The position numbers and the translations under genes were made by a program. Below are positions 44,384 to 54,506 of a stretch of DNA of 64,000 nucleotides, in pieces. The DNA comes from an uncultured Klebsiella sp. (GTDB taxonomy: Bacteria; Chloroflexota; Chloroflexia; Chloroflexales; Roseiflexaceae), in the NCBI GenBank assembly GCA_964482795.1, contig CAYZZI010000013.1, positions 805 to 64,804 on the forward strand. The letters run 5' to 3'. The notes beneath the pieces are model-generated. The model saw only the letters and a list, made by a program, of their open reading frames with translations. It made no database searches and was not told the DNA's origin. The number at the start of each line of letters is the position of its first letter. Position 1 is the first letter of the stretch.

Positions 44384-45355
44384 ATGCCTGTACCAATCAT
44401 TCGTCTTCAGCGCCGCCTCGAACGCCGTTTATGGGGTGGCAATCAACTTGCACACTGGCTCAACCTGGCACATGCTCCAGAGCAACTCGCCGAGACGTGG
44501 GAGATTTATAACGACAACGTAATCGTCAACGGCCCGCTTCAAGGACTCACCTTGCGCCAGGCGGTAGCACACTACGGTACGCATTTGGTGGGCCGGGCAT
44601 CATTCGCACGGTACGGTGCGGAGTTCCCCCTTCTGGCCAAATTCATCGACGCCGCCCAACCGCTCTCAGTCCAAGTGCACCCAGATGACGCCTATGCCCA
44701 CACGCACGAGGCACATACCGGATTCCATGGCAAAACAGAGGCATGGTACATGCTCGACTGTCAGCCTGACAGCGACATCATCCACGACTTCGTACACGCC
44801 ATTGATCGACATCACTATGCCGAGGCCATCAACAACGGCACCCTTGACAGATTATTGCGACACGTCCCCGTTAAATCCGGTGATACGGTATTTGTGCCAG
44901 CTGGTACGGTGCATGCAATTAATGCGGGGATTATGCTCTTTGAGATTCAACAAACCTCTGATTTGACCTACCGGGTCTATGATTACCATCGTCGTGATGC
45001 CCAGGGCAATTTGCGCGACCTGCATATCACACAAGCGTTAGACGTCTCGTACCTCGGGCACCCACGCCAGGCCCTCACGACACCAATTGACCACGGTAAC
45101 GGCATGCGTGAGCTAGTACGGTCGGAATTTTTCGTGATGGAGCACATCCAGCAGACCCAGCAGTCAACGTGGGCGCGGCCAGGCGATAGCTTTCAAATAC
45201 TCACGCTCATCAACGGCACGCTCACCATCACTGCAGACAGCGAATCGCATCATCTGACGCGCGGCGACTCGCTGATTATCCCGGCTGACATGCCCACATA
45301 CCAGAGTACGCCTGACGGCGATGCCACCTGGTTGCGTTGCTGGGTGCCCGGTTAA
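44384..45355 (+). CDS. manA: Class I mannose-6-phosphate isomerase
   Basis: RLWGGNQL, SVQVHPDDAYA, GKTEAWYML and VPAGTVHAI. Confidence 0.85.
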   Translation: MPVPIIRLQRRLERRLWGGNQLAHWLNLAHAPEQLAETWEIYNDNVIVNGPLQGLTLRQAVAHYGTHLVGRASFARYGAEFPLLAKFIDAAQPLSVQVHPDDAYAHTHEAHTGFHGKTEAWYMLDCQPDSDIIHDFVHAIDRHHYAEAINNGTLDRLLRHVPVKSGDTVFVPAGTVHAINAGIMLFEIQQTSDLTYRVYDYHRRDAQGNLRDLHITQALDVSYLGHPRQALTTPIDHGNGMRELVRSEFFVMEHIQQTQQSTWARPGDSFQILTLINGTLTITADSESHHLTRGDSLIIPADMPTYQSTPDGDATWLRCWVPG

Positions 45356-47079
45356 CTGAGCTGATTGCGAATCATGGCCCGGATTTCGGCGATTTCGTCG
45401 TCGAGATGTCGGGCATAATCATTTGCCTGCTCAAGTCGGTCCACCTCGGCAGCCACAAGGCGTGTATACGGACCGATGGCATCGGTGATGCGCCCCTGCA
45501 TGCGGGCAAGTTCGGATTCAAACTGTTGGTCGAGCTTGGCCAACAACGCCTGGCGCACCTCAGCCATACGTTGTTGGAGTTGGTTTTTGAGGGCGGTGCG
45601 GCGGGCAGGGATGACATACAATCCACCAATCGCAATCACGCTGGCCGCGATCACACCAGTCGTATCAAAGACTGCACCTTTGAGGGCAGTGGCAATGATT
45701 GCGCCGACACCGACGGCACCAACCTGGATGACGGCTGTGGTCGCAAGCGCTTGTCGCAACTCGTGAGCTACATGGGCTGCCTCGGCACTCCGATCGTAGC
45801 TCGCTACGATCTCGTTGGCCGTCGCCACGATATCGGTGATGAGCGCTTGCCGACGATACTGAAACATCGCCGCACCCTCGGGCAACAGCGACTCTGTGGT
45901 GCGGGCACGCCGATAGACGTACTCGCTCACCTGTTGCCACAACTGCAGGTTGCGCTCAATCAGCCAATCAACCATCACCTGCGTGCGCTCCTCGACCTGA
46001 TCAGCCAAATCTGCCGCCACCTCGCGGGCAAACAACTGCTCGAGCTCGTCGCCTTTGAGCAGGCGATGCAGATGCCGAAAGCGGATGTATTCATCAAAAA
46101 AGCGCATCCCACGCACTTCGGTATCGCTCAGAATCGCATGCACTGCCGCCTGGTGCCCTTTGACATCGCGGCGCAAATCATTGGCAAACTGCTGAATTTG
46201 CCCTTGTAAGTACGCTACGGCTTGGACATCATCATTGACGCTCTGGCGTTGCGTTTGAATTGCCTGGCGCGCCTGTTTGACCACTTGATCGCTAATACCT
46301 AACGGCGACTCAAGTCTGATGCGCATGCGCATACGATCATCGAGGCGTTGGTTGAGGTACTCCCACAACACCGTAAAGCCAGATGCAACCTCGTCGCCGG
46401 CGCGCCAACGGCGTACCGAAATCGGCAAGACCAACGGCGATTCGCCGAACAACGCAATCGCTTGGTCGCGAACAAACGTCAACACCTCAGTTTGTTCGGT
46501 CTCATTGAGCAAATCGATTTTGTTGACCACAATCACCACTTGACGACGCCAATCTTTGAGCATCGCCAAAAACGCCCGCTCAGTCTCACTGAACGGCCGA
46601 TCGGCTGACGTGATGAACAAGACTACGTCAGCACGGGGCACAATCTCACGCGTGAGTACCTCGTGGTGGCGCAACACTGCATTGGTACCCGGTGTATCAA
46701 CGATGGACATGCGTTGGAGCAATGGCACGGGCAAGGCCCGCACCACCCAACCCGGGCGTTCGGAGATGGCCAATTCTTGGGGGGCATAGCGCAACATGGT
46801 GACGGCATCGGTGGTCGGTGTCGCCCCCTCGGTCATCACCTCGCTGCCGACAATGGCATTGAGGAGGCTCGACTTACCAGCATTGAACTCACCGGCAATC
46901 ACCACCAAAAACGCATCTTCGAGATGATCGCGCGTCTCGACAAGTACTTGGCGTTCAGCGCCGTCACGTTGCCCTTGATGCACGTCATCCCACAGCCGGA
47001 GCACGCCTTCGAGGAGCGTTTTGGTGCGCATGCGCAGTGATTCAATCCCATCCATCATTGCAGTTCCTTTGTCCACCAT
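45352..47079 (-). CDS. Bacterial dynamin-like GTPase
   Basis: G1 GEFNAGKSSLLNAI, G3 DTPGTNA and G4 VNKIDL, followed by a long helical stalk. An alternative start is the ATG at 47058 after AAAGGA. Confidence 0.8.
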   Translation of the reverse strand: MVDKGTAMMDGIESLRMRTKTLLEGVLRLWDDVHQGQRDGAERQVLVETRDHLEDAFLVVIAGEFNAGKSSLLNAIVGSEVMTEGATPTTDAVTMLRYAPQELAISERPGWVVRALPVPLLQRMSIVDTPGTNAVLRHHEVLTREIVPRADVVLFITSADRPFSETERAFLAMLKDWRRQVVIVVNKIDLLNETEQTEVLTFVRDQAIALFGESPLVLPISVRRWRAGDEVASGFTVLWEYLNQRLDDRMRMRIRLESPLGISDQVVKQARQAIQTQRQSVNDDVQAVAYLQGQIQQFANDLRRDVKGHQAAVHAILSDTEVRGMRFFDEYIRFRHLHRLLKGDELEQLFAREVAADLADQVEERTQVMVDWLIERNLQLWQQVSEYVYRRARTTESLLPEGAAMFQYRRQALITDIVATANEIVASYDRSAEAAHVAHELRQALATTAVIQVGAVGVGAIIATALKGAVFDTTGVIAASVIAIGGLYVIPARRTALKNQLQQRMAEVRQALLAKLDQQFESELARMQGRITDAIGPYTRLVAAEVDRLEQANDYARHLDDEIAEIRAMIRNQLS

Positions 47080-47122
47080 GCGGCACCTGTCGATATATCA
47101 ACAGATGCCGCGGTGCAATCGT

Positions 47123-49141
47123 TTAGGCCAAATACCGCGCAAACCAGGCAATCGTGCGTTGCATGTGATCAACCTGGTGGGCCGGCTCACCACTGCGGGT
47201 CAACTCATGCCCCTCACGCGGGTAGCGTACAAGCTCCACAGTACGACCTAGACGACGCAACATGGTATAAAGTTGCTCGGCTTCGCCGATTGGCACGCGA
47301 AAGTCGAGTTCGCTGTGGATAATCAGCAACGGTGCATGCATATCGGCCACTGCCGCAATCGGCGAGGCCTGCCACAGGCGCTCAGCATCGTGCCACGGAT
47401 TCATCTCAAACGAATACTCGACCAACTCATACGCATCGCTCATGCTGTGCTCGGTAATCAGGTTGTAGACACCACGCACACCAACAGCCGCCGCAAATCG
47501 GGTGCTATGCCCGATCAACCACGCCGTCATGAATCCGCCATATGAGCCCCCGGTGACGCCGATGCGGGCTGGATCGATTGGCAAGCCTTTGGCGAGGACT
47601 GCATCAATGCCTGCCTCAAAATCGGGCTGATCGGCATGTCCCCAGCGCGCCTTGCTGCCAGCTTGCCACGCGGCGCCGTATCCCTCTGAACCACGCGGAT
47701 TACAGAAAAAGACGTAGAAGCCGGCACCGGCCGTTGCTTGCCACTCAAGCCACATCGAGCGCGTCCCTGGGCTCCACATGGCATGTGGGCCACCGTGGAT
47801 GTGCAATACCAGGCCGTATTGCTTGCCTGGCTCGATCTGTGCCGGTGGCAATAACCAGCCCTGCACCATCTGGCCATCAGCCGACGGATACCACAGCTCC
47901 TCGAACGGGACCGTGATACGATTAGGGCGCACGCGTTCGAGCAAATTGGTCACACGCGTGACGCCACTCTGCGTGGCCACAAACAAATCACTCGGCCCCT
48001 CGGGGCCACCGTGGGTATATGCCACGCGCCCATCGGCGTGGATGGCAAACTCATCAATCACCACACTCGTACCGACGATGGGGTGCGCAATTGCCATTAC
48101 CGTCCGCCCTGGGAGCGCCGCAGTGCGCACCATACCCTGACCATGCCATTCGGCCACATAGGCGATGCCCGAGCTATCGGGGAGCCACTCCCAGTTGCCG
48201 ATGGTCACGTCGTTGACGTTGATTTGATGCCATGTAGTGCCGTCAACCGGGCGCACCAAGATGGCTGATCCGCCGTAAAACGGCGCAGCGTTGCGTTGTG
48301 CCGTCACCGCCAGCCACGTGCCATCGGGTGAGATTTGTGGGCTGTAGACCGACCACACGTCGTCTTCGATGAGCGTTACATCCTTTGGAGCATCTGCAAC
48401 TGGTACGTTGGCGATACAGCGCCCAATGAAGTAACTTGTCGATTGGGGGTCACGTTTGGCCTCGGCATAGACTGCACTCCCGTCAGCGGCCCAGGTTGGT
48501 ACGCCGTAATCGCGTTGATCGTCAGTGATGCGGGTGAGTGAACTTGCACCGTGGTCTACATCAACCACATACAACTGCCCACGACGCCCCTCGATGTAAT
48601 CGGTGCCAGTGCGAAACGGCAACTCATCGATGACGCGTGGGTCAATGCGCTGTTGCGCGGCATACTCTTTGGCGGCTTTTTGTTGGTCGGCCTCGAACTT
48701 TGAAGTCGGTGCCGGAGCCGGATTAGCCTCGGCAACCAGATCCGCAGGGAGCGGATAGCTGACCAACGCGATGCGTTGACTGTCAGGGCTCCAGGCAAAG
48801 CCACGCACACCAGCGGGGAGCGATGCAACAGGCGTGGCCTCGCCGCCATCAGTGGGGATTATGTAGAGTTGCATACCGTCGCCACCGCGGCTTGACACAA
48901 ACGCCAACCAACGCCCATCGGGGCTCCAGGTCGGCAGGCGATCGCTGTGAGTGCCAGCACTAAAGCGTCGTGGATCAGCACCATTGCGTTGAATCCAGAT
49001 GACCCGTTTAAAGGAATTGCGCACACGATCCGGTGTAGCGCGGACATAGGCCAATGATTGACCGTCGGGGCTCCAGGTAGGGTTTTCGACGTATTCAATC
49101 TCAAAGACATCATCACTGCGCCATGGTTGGGGAGTACTCAT
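47123..49141 (-). CDS. S9 family peptidase (prolyl oligopeptidase/acylaminoacyl-peptidase type) with N-terminal beta-propeller
   Basis: Repeated WSPDG propeller motifs. The C-terminal alpha/beta hydrolase domain has the nucleophile elbow GGSYGGFMT and catalytic D and H regions (ELDFRVP, GHEL). Confidence 0.85.
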   Translation of the reverse strand: MSTPQPWRSDDVFEIEYVENPTWSPDGQSLAYVRATPDRVRNSFKRVIWIQRNGADPRRFSAGTHSDRLPTWSPDGRWLAFVSSRGGDGMQLYIIPTDGGEATPVASLPAGVRGFAWSPDSQRIALVSYPLPADLVAEANPAPAPTSKFEADQQKAAKEYAAQQRIDPRVIDELPFRTGTDYIEGRRGQLYVVDVDHGASSLTRITDDQRDYGVPTWAADGSAVYAEAKRDPQSTSYFIGRCIANVPVADAPKDVTLIEDDVWSVYSPQISPDGTWLAVTAQRNAAPFYGGSAILVRPVDGTTWHQINVNDVTIGNWEWLPDSSGIAYVAEWHGQGMVRTAALPGRTVMAIAHPIVGTSVVIDEFAIHADGRVAYTHGGPEGPSDLFVATQSGVTRVTNLLERVRPNRITVPFEELWYPSADGQMVQGWLLPPAQIEPGKQYGLVLHIHGGPHAMWSPGTRSMWLEWQATAGAGFYVFFCNPRGSEGYGAAWQAGSKARWGHADQPDFEAGIDAVLAKGLPIDPARIGVTGGSYGGFMTAWLIGHSTRFAAAVGVRGVYNLITEHSMSDAYELVEYSFEMNPWHDAERLWQASPIAAVADMHAPLLIIHSELDFRVPIGEAEQLYTMLRRLGRTVELVRYPREGHELTRSGEPAHQVDHMQRTIAWFARYLA

Positions 49142-49269
49142 AAAGGTTATCCTTTGTTATCAACCAAACATCAATACCGTATCACAAAAATAGGCATCAT
49201 GTTGCTCAAAAAGCAATGCGCTAGGGCACCATGTGGCACCCTAGCGCAGGCATCTACGAGGAGCGAGAG

Positions 49270-49587
49270 TTACTCGGTTGCCCCATCCTGCCAATCTGCA
49301 ATATCAAACGGCTTAGCTTTGGCACGCGTCGCACGCACTTGGCTATCGGGAACGGCCATTTCACCACGATAGTGCTGTATGTCGTTGTGGAGGTCATAGG
49401 CAAAGCGTTGAATGACCCAGGTCCCCTTTGCACCTTGACGAAGCAAATCAAACAACCAGAGTTGCGCATAGTCATCGTAGGTGGCATTGACCAACCAGAC
49501 GAGCTCACCGCGACGCAATGTATGAGCCAAACGACGCAACCCATCAACACGGGCGCTACTCGAAGAACGGACAGGAATTGTCGACAT
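49270..49587 (-). CDS. Hypothetical small protein (105 aa)
   Basis: The ATG at 49587 follows GAGGAG. MSTIPVRSSSSARVDGLRRLAHTLRRGELVWLVNATYDDY... No family recognised. Confidence 0.4.
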   Translation of the reverse strand: MSTIPVRSSSSARVDGLRRLAHTLRRGELVWLVNATYDDYAQLWLFDLLRQGAKGTWVIQRFAYDLHNDIQHYRGEMAVPDSQVRATRAKAKPFDIADWQDGATE

Positions 49588-49722
49588 GATGATACTCCTC
49601 ACACCACACACATAGTAGACGATAGCGCCTATTATACTCGCATTTTGCGAATCAGCGTACAATAGAACGAGGCTATCTTGTATAATTTCTGTGGGTCGTT
49701 CAGATAGACAGTGAGTCTCCTC

Positions 49723-50493
49723 ATGCGCGTAACACTCCTCGGCACTGGCACATCCACTGGTGTGCCCATGATTGGCTGTGAGTGTAGCGTCTGTACCTCA
49801 GCAGATCCTCGTGATCGACGCCTACGCACCTCGGCATTAATTGAGACATCAACCGGCAACATATTAATTGATGCGGGACCAGATATGCGCCATCAGTTGC
49901 TCAACGCTGGTGTACAGTCGTTACATGGTGTGTTAATCACGCATGAGCATCAAGACCACATCGGTGGAATTGATGATTTACGTCCACTCAACTACCGTAT
50001 GCAAACCTCAGTAGCCCTCTATAGCGAAGAGCACACGTTAAACATTCTGCGCAAACGATATCACTATGCCTTTGAGGCACAGAGCGGTGGTTCATCGCGC
50101 CCCAACATCGACTTAATTGCCATACAACCGTGGCAACCATTTCAGCTCGCCGATCAGACGATTATTCCACTCCCGATAACTCATGGGCCAATGCGCATCT
50201 TGGGATATCGAATTGGACAACTCGCCTACATCACGGATGCAAGTCATATCGATGATGATGTTGTCGAGGCCATCCGCGGAGTAGATGTGCTGATCATCAA
50301 CGCGCTCCGTGACCAACCACACCCGATGCATTTATCGTTTGCGCAGGCGCAACAGTACGTGGAGCGTATTGGCCCACGCCGTGCCTACTTTGTGCATCTA
50401 TCGCATGATTTGCACCATGCTGATTTACTCCACCGTTTGCCCGAATACATGCAACCCGGATATGACGGTCAGATGATTGAGGTGGCCGAATGA
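49723..50493 (+). CDS. MBL-fold metallo-hydrolase (PhnP-like)
   Basis: MRVTLLGTGTSTGVPMIGCECSVC, with the HxHxDH motif as ITHEHQDHIGG. Confidence 0.75.
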   Translation: MRVTLLGTGTSTGVPMIGCECSVCTSADPRDRRLRTSALIETSTGNILIDAGPDMRHQLLNAGVQSLHGVLITHEHQDHIGGIDDLRPLNYRMQTSVALYSEEHTLNILRKRYHYAFEAQSGGSSRPNIDLIAIQPWQPFQLADQTIIPLPITHGPMRILGYRIGQLAYITDASHIDDDVVEAIRGVDVLIINALRDQPHPMHLSFAQAQQYVERIGPRRAYFVHLSHDLHHADLLHRLPEYMQPGYDGQMIEVAE

Positions 50494-51611
50494 GCATTGT
50501 AATTGACGCACGCCTCAACGCCTATCGCACTGGCGGCATCCCCAAATACACGCGCGAACTCACGAGTGCCATGGCGCAGATTGCGCCCCAACAGGAGTTT
50601 GTGGTTCTTCAACATCGACGACAACCGGAGCGCATTGTCAGTGCACCCAACGTAACACGGCGTGTCATTTATACGCCTCCGCACCACCGTCTTGAGCAAT
50701 TCACCTTGCCCATCGAGATTGGCGCAATTCGCCCATCAGTGGCATTGTTCCCCGATTTCATTGCGCCACTCTATCGCACATTTCCTGCCGTTGTCACCAT
50801 TCATGATTTGGCGTTTTTGCATTTTGATGATTTGCTCGACGACAACGCCAAGGCGTTTTATGGGCGCGTGGGGGTGAGCGCCCAACGTGCTCAAGGTATT
50901 ATTGCTGTCTCAGAGTCTACCAAACGTGATATTGTCGAGCGTCTCGATATCTCGGCAGACCGCGTCAGCGTGATCTACGAGGCCGCTTCAGCACATTTTG
51001 TACCGCTCGAACAGATTCCACACGAGCGGAAGCGCATCAACGGATTCGATGTTGCCTCAAACAGTTATATCTTGTTTGTCAGCACCATAGAACCCCGCAA
51101 AAATCTACCGCTCCTGCTGCATGCACTACGCATTTGTCGCGATCGCCATCCTGATCGCAACTACCAACTCGTGGCCGCCGGATCGCGTGGGTGGCGTGAA
51201 AAACCCATCATCGAACAAATCGAGCACTTACGTCTCGGCGATGCCGTCACACTTCTTGGCAACGTGAACGACGACGAATTACACTGGCTCTACGCCAACA
51301 CGCGCGTCTATGCCAATCCATCACGCTACGAAGGATTTGGGCTACCACTCCTCGAAGCGCTGGCGTGTGGCGCACCAAGTATCGCCAGCGACACCTCGAG
51401 CCTACCTGAGGTCGGCGGAAAGGCAGTACAGTATCTCCCTGTTGATGATCCCGGTGCCTGGGCCGATGCCATAGAGCTCATCTGGAGCGATGATGTACTT
51501 CGTCGCGAGATGGGCACACGTGGTCCCATCCAAGCCGCACAATTCTCATGGTATGCTGCCGCCCAACAAACGCTCGATGTTCTCACCATGGTTACATCTG
51601 CGAAAGGATAA
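50490..51611 (+). CDS. GT4-family glycosyltransferase
   Basis: C-terminal EGFGLPLLEALACGAPSIASDTSSLPEVGG (EX7E). The start overlaps the upstream stop. Confidence 0.8.
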   Translation: MSIVIDARLNAYRTGGIPKYTRELTSAMAQIAPQQEFVVLQHRRQPERIVSAPNVTRRVIYTPPHHRLEQFTLPIEIGAIRPSVALFPDFIAPLYRTFPAVVTIHDLAFLHFDDLLDDNAKAFYGRVGVSAQRAQGIIAVSESTKRDIVERLDISADRVSVIYEAASAHFVPLEQIPHERKRINGFDVASNSYILFVSTIEPRKNLPLLLHALRICRDRHPDRNYQLVAAGSRGWREKPIIEQIEHLRLGDAVTLLGNVNDDELHWLYANTRVYANPSRYEGFGLPLLEALACGAPSIASDTSSLPEVGGKAVQYLPVDDPGAWADAIELIWSDDVLRREMGTRGPIQAAQFSWYAAAQQTLDVLTMVTSAKG

Positions 51612-51616
51612 TGCAT

Positions 51617-52465
51617 ATGTCTGTTGCATCACTCGTCGATTGTCAATGGCTCAAGGTACATCTCAACGACCCACATGTGGTGGTAGTTGACACACGCTGG
51701 TATCTGCTCAACCCGGCGCAGGGACAGGAAGAATACGTTACAGAGCACATTGCTGGTGCCCTATATCTCTCCATCGATACTGATTTATCGGCCCAGGCTT
51801 GGGACGGTCCCGGTCGGCATCCGTTACCCAAACCTGATCGATTCGTGGCGACCATGAGCCAAGCAGGTATCGACCACACCTGTCACGTGGTCATTTATGA
51901 CAGCGCCGGCGGGTCGATTGCCACACGTCTCTGGTGGTTATTGCGGTACTACGGCCATACCAATGTCTCGATTCTTGATGGTGGGTGGCAAGCCTGGGTA
52001 GCAAGTGGTGGTGCGGTGCGGAGTGGGAACGAAACGCGCGCAGCCCGACAGTTTGTTGGCACCCCTAATCATTCGATGACGGTTGACGCCGATCAGGTTG
52101 ATCGGCTTCGTCACGACCAGCAGGTGCTGATTCTTGATGCGCGTGCCTACGAACGCTATACCGGTGCAGTCGAGCCGTTTGGACCGCGTGCAGGGCACAT
52201 CCCGGGTGCCATATCAGCACCATTCGCCGGCAATTTGACTCCCGACGGCACACTGAAGTCAGCCACCGACCTCACCGCTCGCTATCACGATCTCGGTGCA
52301 CATCAAGCCCAACAAGTCGTCTGCTATTGTGGATCGGGGGTCACTGCGACGCACGACATCTTCGCACTGCACCTGGCCGGCATCGATGCAACGCTCTATC
52401 CAGGATCGTGGAGCGACTGGAGTAGTCAAGAGGCGCGACAGATTGCCACCGGTGAGCAGCCCTAA
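51617..52465 (+). CDS. Tandem-rhodanese sulfurtransferase (3-mercaptopyruvate/thiosulfate type)
   Basis: The active-site loop is CYCGSGVTATH. The N-terminus VSVDWL-like string is MSVASLVDCQWL, and GHIPGA is present. The ATG at 51617 lies 8 nt after AAAGGA. Confidence 0.8.
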   Translation: MSVASLVDCQWLKVHLNDPHVVVVDTRWYLLNPAQGQEEYVTEHIAGALYLSIDTDLSAQAWDGPGRHPLPKPDRFVATMSQAGIDHTCHVVIYDSAGGSIATRLWWLLRYYGHTNVSILDGGWQAWVASGGAVRSGNETRAARQFVGTPNHSMTVDADQVDRLRHDQQVLILDARAYERYTGAVEPFGPRAGHIPGAISAPFAGNLTPDGTLKSATDLTARYHDLGAHQAQQVVCYCGSGVTATHDIFALHLAGIDATLYPGSWSDWSSQEARQIATGEQP

Positions 52466-52480
52466 TACGACGAGGCACGC

Positions 52481-53281
52481 ATGATTGATACGACGCGCAT
52501 TCTGCTTGGGCTGTTGATTAGCAGTAGTATCGGTGCTGTGGCCTACCGTCGTGGCTCACTCAGCAAAAGTGGCTGGCTCGGTGCCATCATTACTGGCACC
52601 GCCACATTTGGATTTGGAGGATGGGCCCACGGGTTAACGCTGGTAGCATTCTTTGTCAGCTCGACGCTTTTGTCGCGCTGGCGCAAGCGGCAAAAGCAAC
52701 AACTTGAGCAAACGGTATTTGAAAAAGGTTCGCAACGTGATATTTGGCAGGCATTAGCTAACGGCGGATTGGGGAGTGTGTTCTGTCTTTTGATGCCGTT
52801 CTTCCCTGATGCCGTTGACATCCTCAATGCGCTCTATGTCGGCGCCATGGCCACTGTAGCAGCTGACACCTGGGCCACCGAGTTAGGCGTGCTCTCACGC
52901 AATCCACCGCGCCTTATCACCACCTTCGCCACGGTGCCTCGTGGCACCTCAGGAGCGATTAGTCTAGCCGGTACATTGGCAACTGTAGCCGGTGCACTCG
53001 CCATGGGCGTCGTTTTTGCACTGACATTGCCAGTCATCACACCAGTGTTGGTTGCAGCAGGCGCGATTGGTGGTTTAATAGGGAGCATGAGTGATAGTCT
53101 CATGGGCGCCACTGTACAACGGCTCTTCGCCACCGTGCACGGGCCCAGCGAGCAACGCTTTGCTATTGACGGCAGCGAGCACACACGCATCCGTGGGTGG
53201 ATGTGGCTCAACAACGATATGGTGAATTTTCTCAGTTCGTTATGTGGTGCCGGTGTCGCACTACTGATTTGGCTCTTGTAG
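52481..53281 (+). CDS. DUF92 / TMEM19 / VTE6-like membrane protein
   Basis: AYRRGSLSKSGWLGAIITGT..., ATVAADTWATELG and GAISLAGTLA are typical DUF92 strings. Confidence 0.7.
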   Translation: MIDTTRILLGLLISSSIGAVAYRRGSLSKSGWLGAIITGTATFGFGGWAHGLTLVAFFVSSTLLSRWRKRQKQQLEQTVFEKGSQRDIWQALANGGLGSVFCLLMPFFPDAVDILNALYVGAMATVAADTWATELGVLSRNPPRLITTFATVPRGTSGAISLAGTLATVAGALAMGVVFALTLPVITPVLVAAGAIGGLIGSMSDSLMGATVQRLFATVHGPSEQRFAIDGSEHTRIRGWMWLNNDMVNFLSSLCGAGVALLIWLL

Positions 53282-54013
53282 CGGTTGTTCGTGATACGAC
53301 TCAAGATGAATGGGACCAAAGAGTTCATCCTGATGCGCCACAATAGTACGGCGTTTGACCATTTCAAGGACCGCCCACAACGAGACGACGACATCGACAC
53401 GCGTCGTTTTTTGTCGCGGTAACAAATCGAAGAACGAGATTCGACGCAGACGTTGTAGCCGTTCACGCACTGATTGCACCACATCTGCCACCGTCAAGAC
53501 TTTGGGTGCCGGGAGCGGAATAGACGGCGGAGGCACGTCAATCAGACGCATGCGTTGTTGCCACACCGACAATAGTTCATCGAGTGTCATCATCAATGGC
53601 ATGTGTTGTACCGACGCAGTTGGTAGTGAGGGTGGTTTGGCCATATGTTGCCACCCCAACTGCTCGCGTTGTCGCAACCATTCAGCAGCCGCCTTGTACT
53701 GTTGGTACTCGCGCAGTTGCTTCACCAGGTCAATGCTATCATCAACCTCATCCGTACTGGTCGGTATAGTCGGTAGTAGGGCGCGCGATTTGATGACGAG
53801 CAGGCGAGCTGCTAGTACCACAAACGACGATATTTGCCCAGCATCGCGCTCCTGAAGCTGGCGCACATGCGACAGGTACTGGTCAGCCACGCGTGCGAGT
53901 GCAATCGTGGTAATATCGAGTTCGGCTTTTTCGATGAGATGTAACAACAGGTCAAGTGGCCCTTCAAACTGATCAAGGCGCACCGTATACATGCTTTGGT
54001 CGTCAATTAGCAT
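53261..54013 (-). CDS. scpA: Segregation and condensation protein A
   Basis: YTVRLDQFEGPLDLLLHLIEKAELDITTIALARVADQYL. Confidence 0.85.
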   Translation of the reverse strand: MLIDDQSMYTVRLDQFEGPLDLLLHLIEKAELDITTIALARVADQYLSHVRQLQERDAGQISSFVVLAARLLVIKSRALLPTIPTSTDEVDDSIDLVKQLREYQQYKAAAEWLRQREQLGWQHMAKPPSLPTASVQHMPLMMTLDELLSVWQQRMRLIDVPPPSIPLPAPKVLTVADVVQSVRERLQRLRRISFFDLLPRQKTTRVDVVVSLWAVLEMVKRRTIVAHQDELFGPIHLESYHEQPLQEPNQ

Positions 54014-54495
54014 TGGTCATCTGCCCACTGAAAAAGGCGAATCTCTGGCAAGTCATCCCCATCTGCCACAGCGCGAAGCAGGGCACATACTGCGGGGCGC
54101 ACGCCGGTCTGTTGCGCTATTGTAGCACTCCGACGCTCATGGTGTGCGTGGCGCATCATTGGCTCTAACCATGTTGCCATCCACTGATAGAGACGCGGCA
54201 CACGGCGACAGAGCACAGCAACCCCATACCAGAGCAAGCCCAACGGCCGACCATCATCGCGCACCTTACCAATATCGTGTAACAACGCCAGCACGTAGAT
54301 GTCATCGGCAACGGCGGGTGAGTGGGTGCGCAGGACGGCCACAATATCGAGGGCATGACGTTGATCATACCGTGGCAAACGCACAAAAAGGCGCTGCTCA
54401 TCCGGCGTCAGCAGCGCCCGTACAAATGCTTGCTCATCCGGTTGCACCACCCCGGTCAAGGCGCGCCAGAGTTGCCACAACCGATACCGCACCAT
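54007..54495 (-). CDS. HD-domain protein
   Basis: RHALDIVAVL...LALLHDIGK. Overlaps the scpA start by 7 nt and lies 12 nt downstream of rpoD. Confidence 0.6.
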   Translation of the reverse strand: MVRYRLWQLWRALTGVVQPDEQAFVRALLTPDEQRLFVRLPRYDQRHALDIVAVLRTHSPAVADDIYVLALLHDIGKVRDDGRPLGLLWYGVAVLCRRVPRLYQWMATWLEPMMRHAHHERRSATIAQQTGVRPAVCALLRAVADGDDLPEIRLFQWADDQC

Positions 54496-54506
54496 GATGC
54501 CATGTC

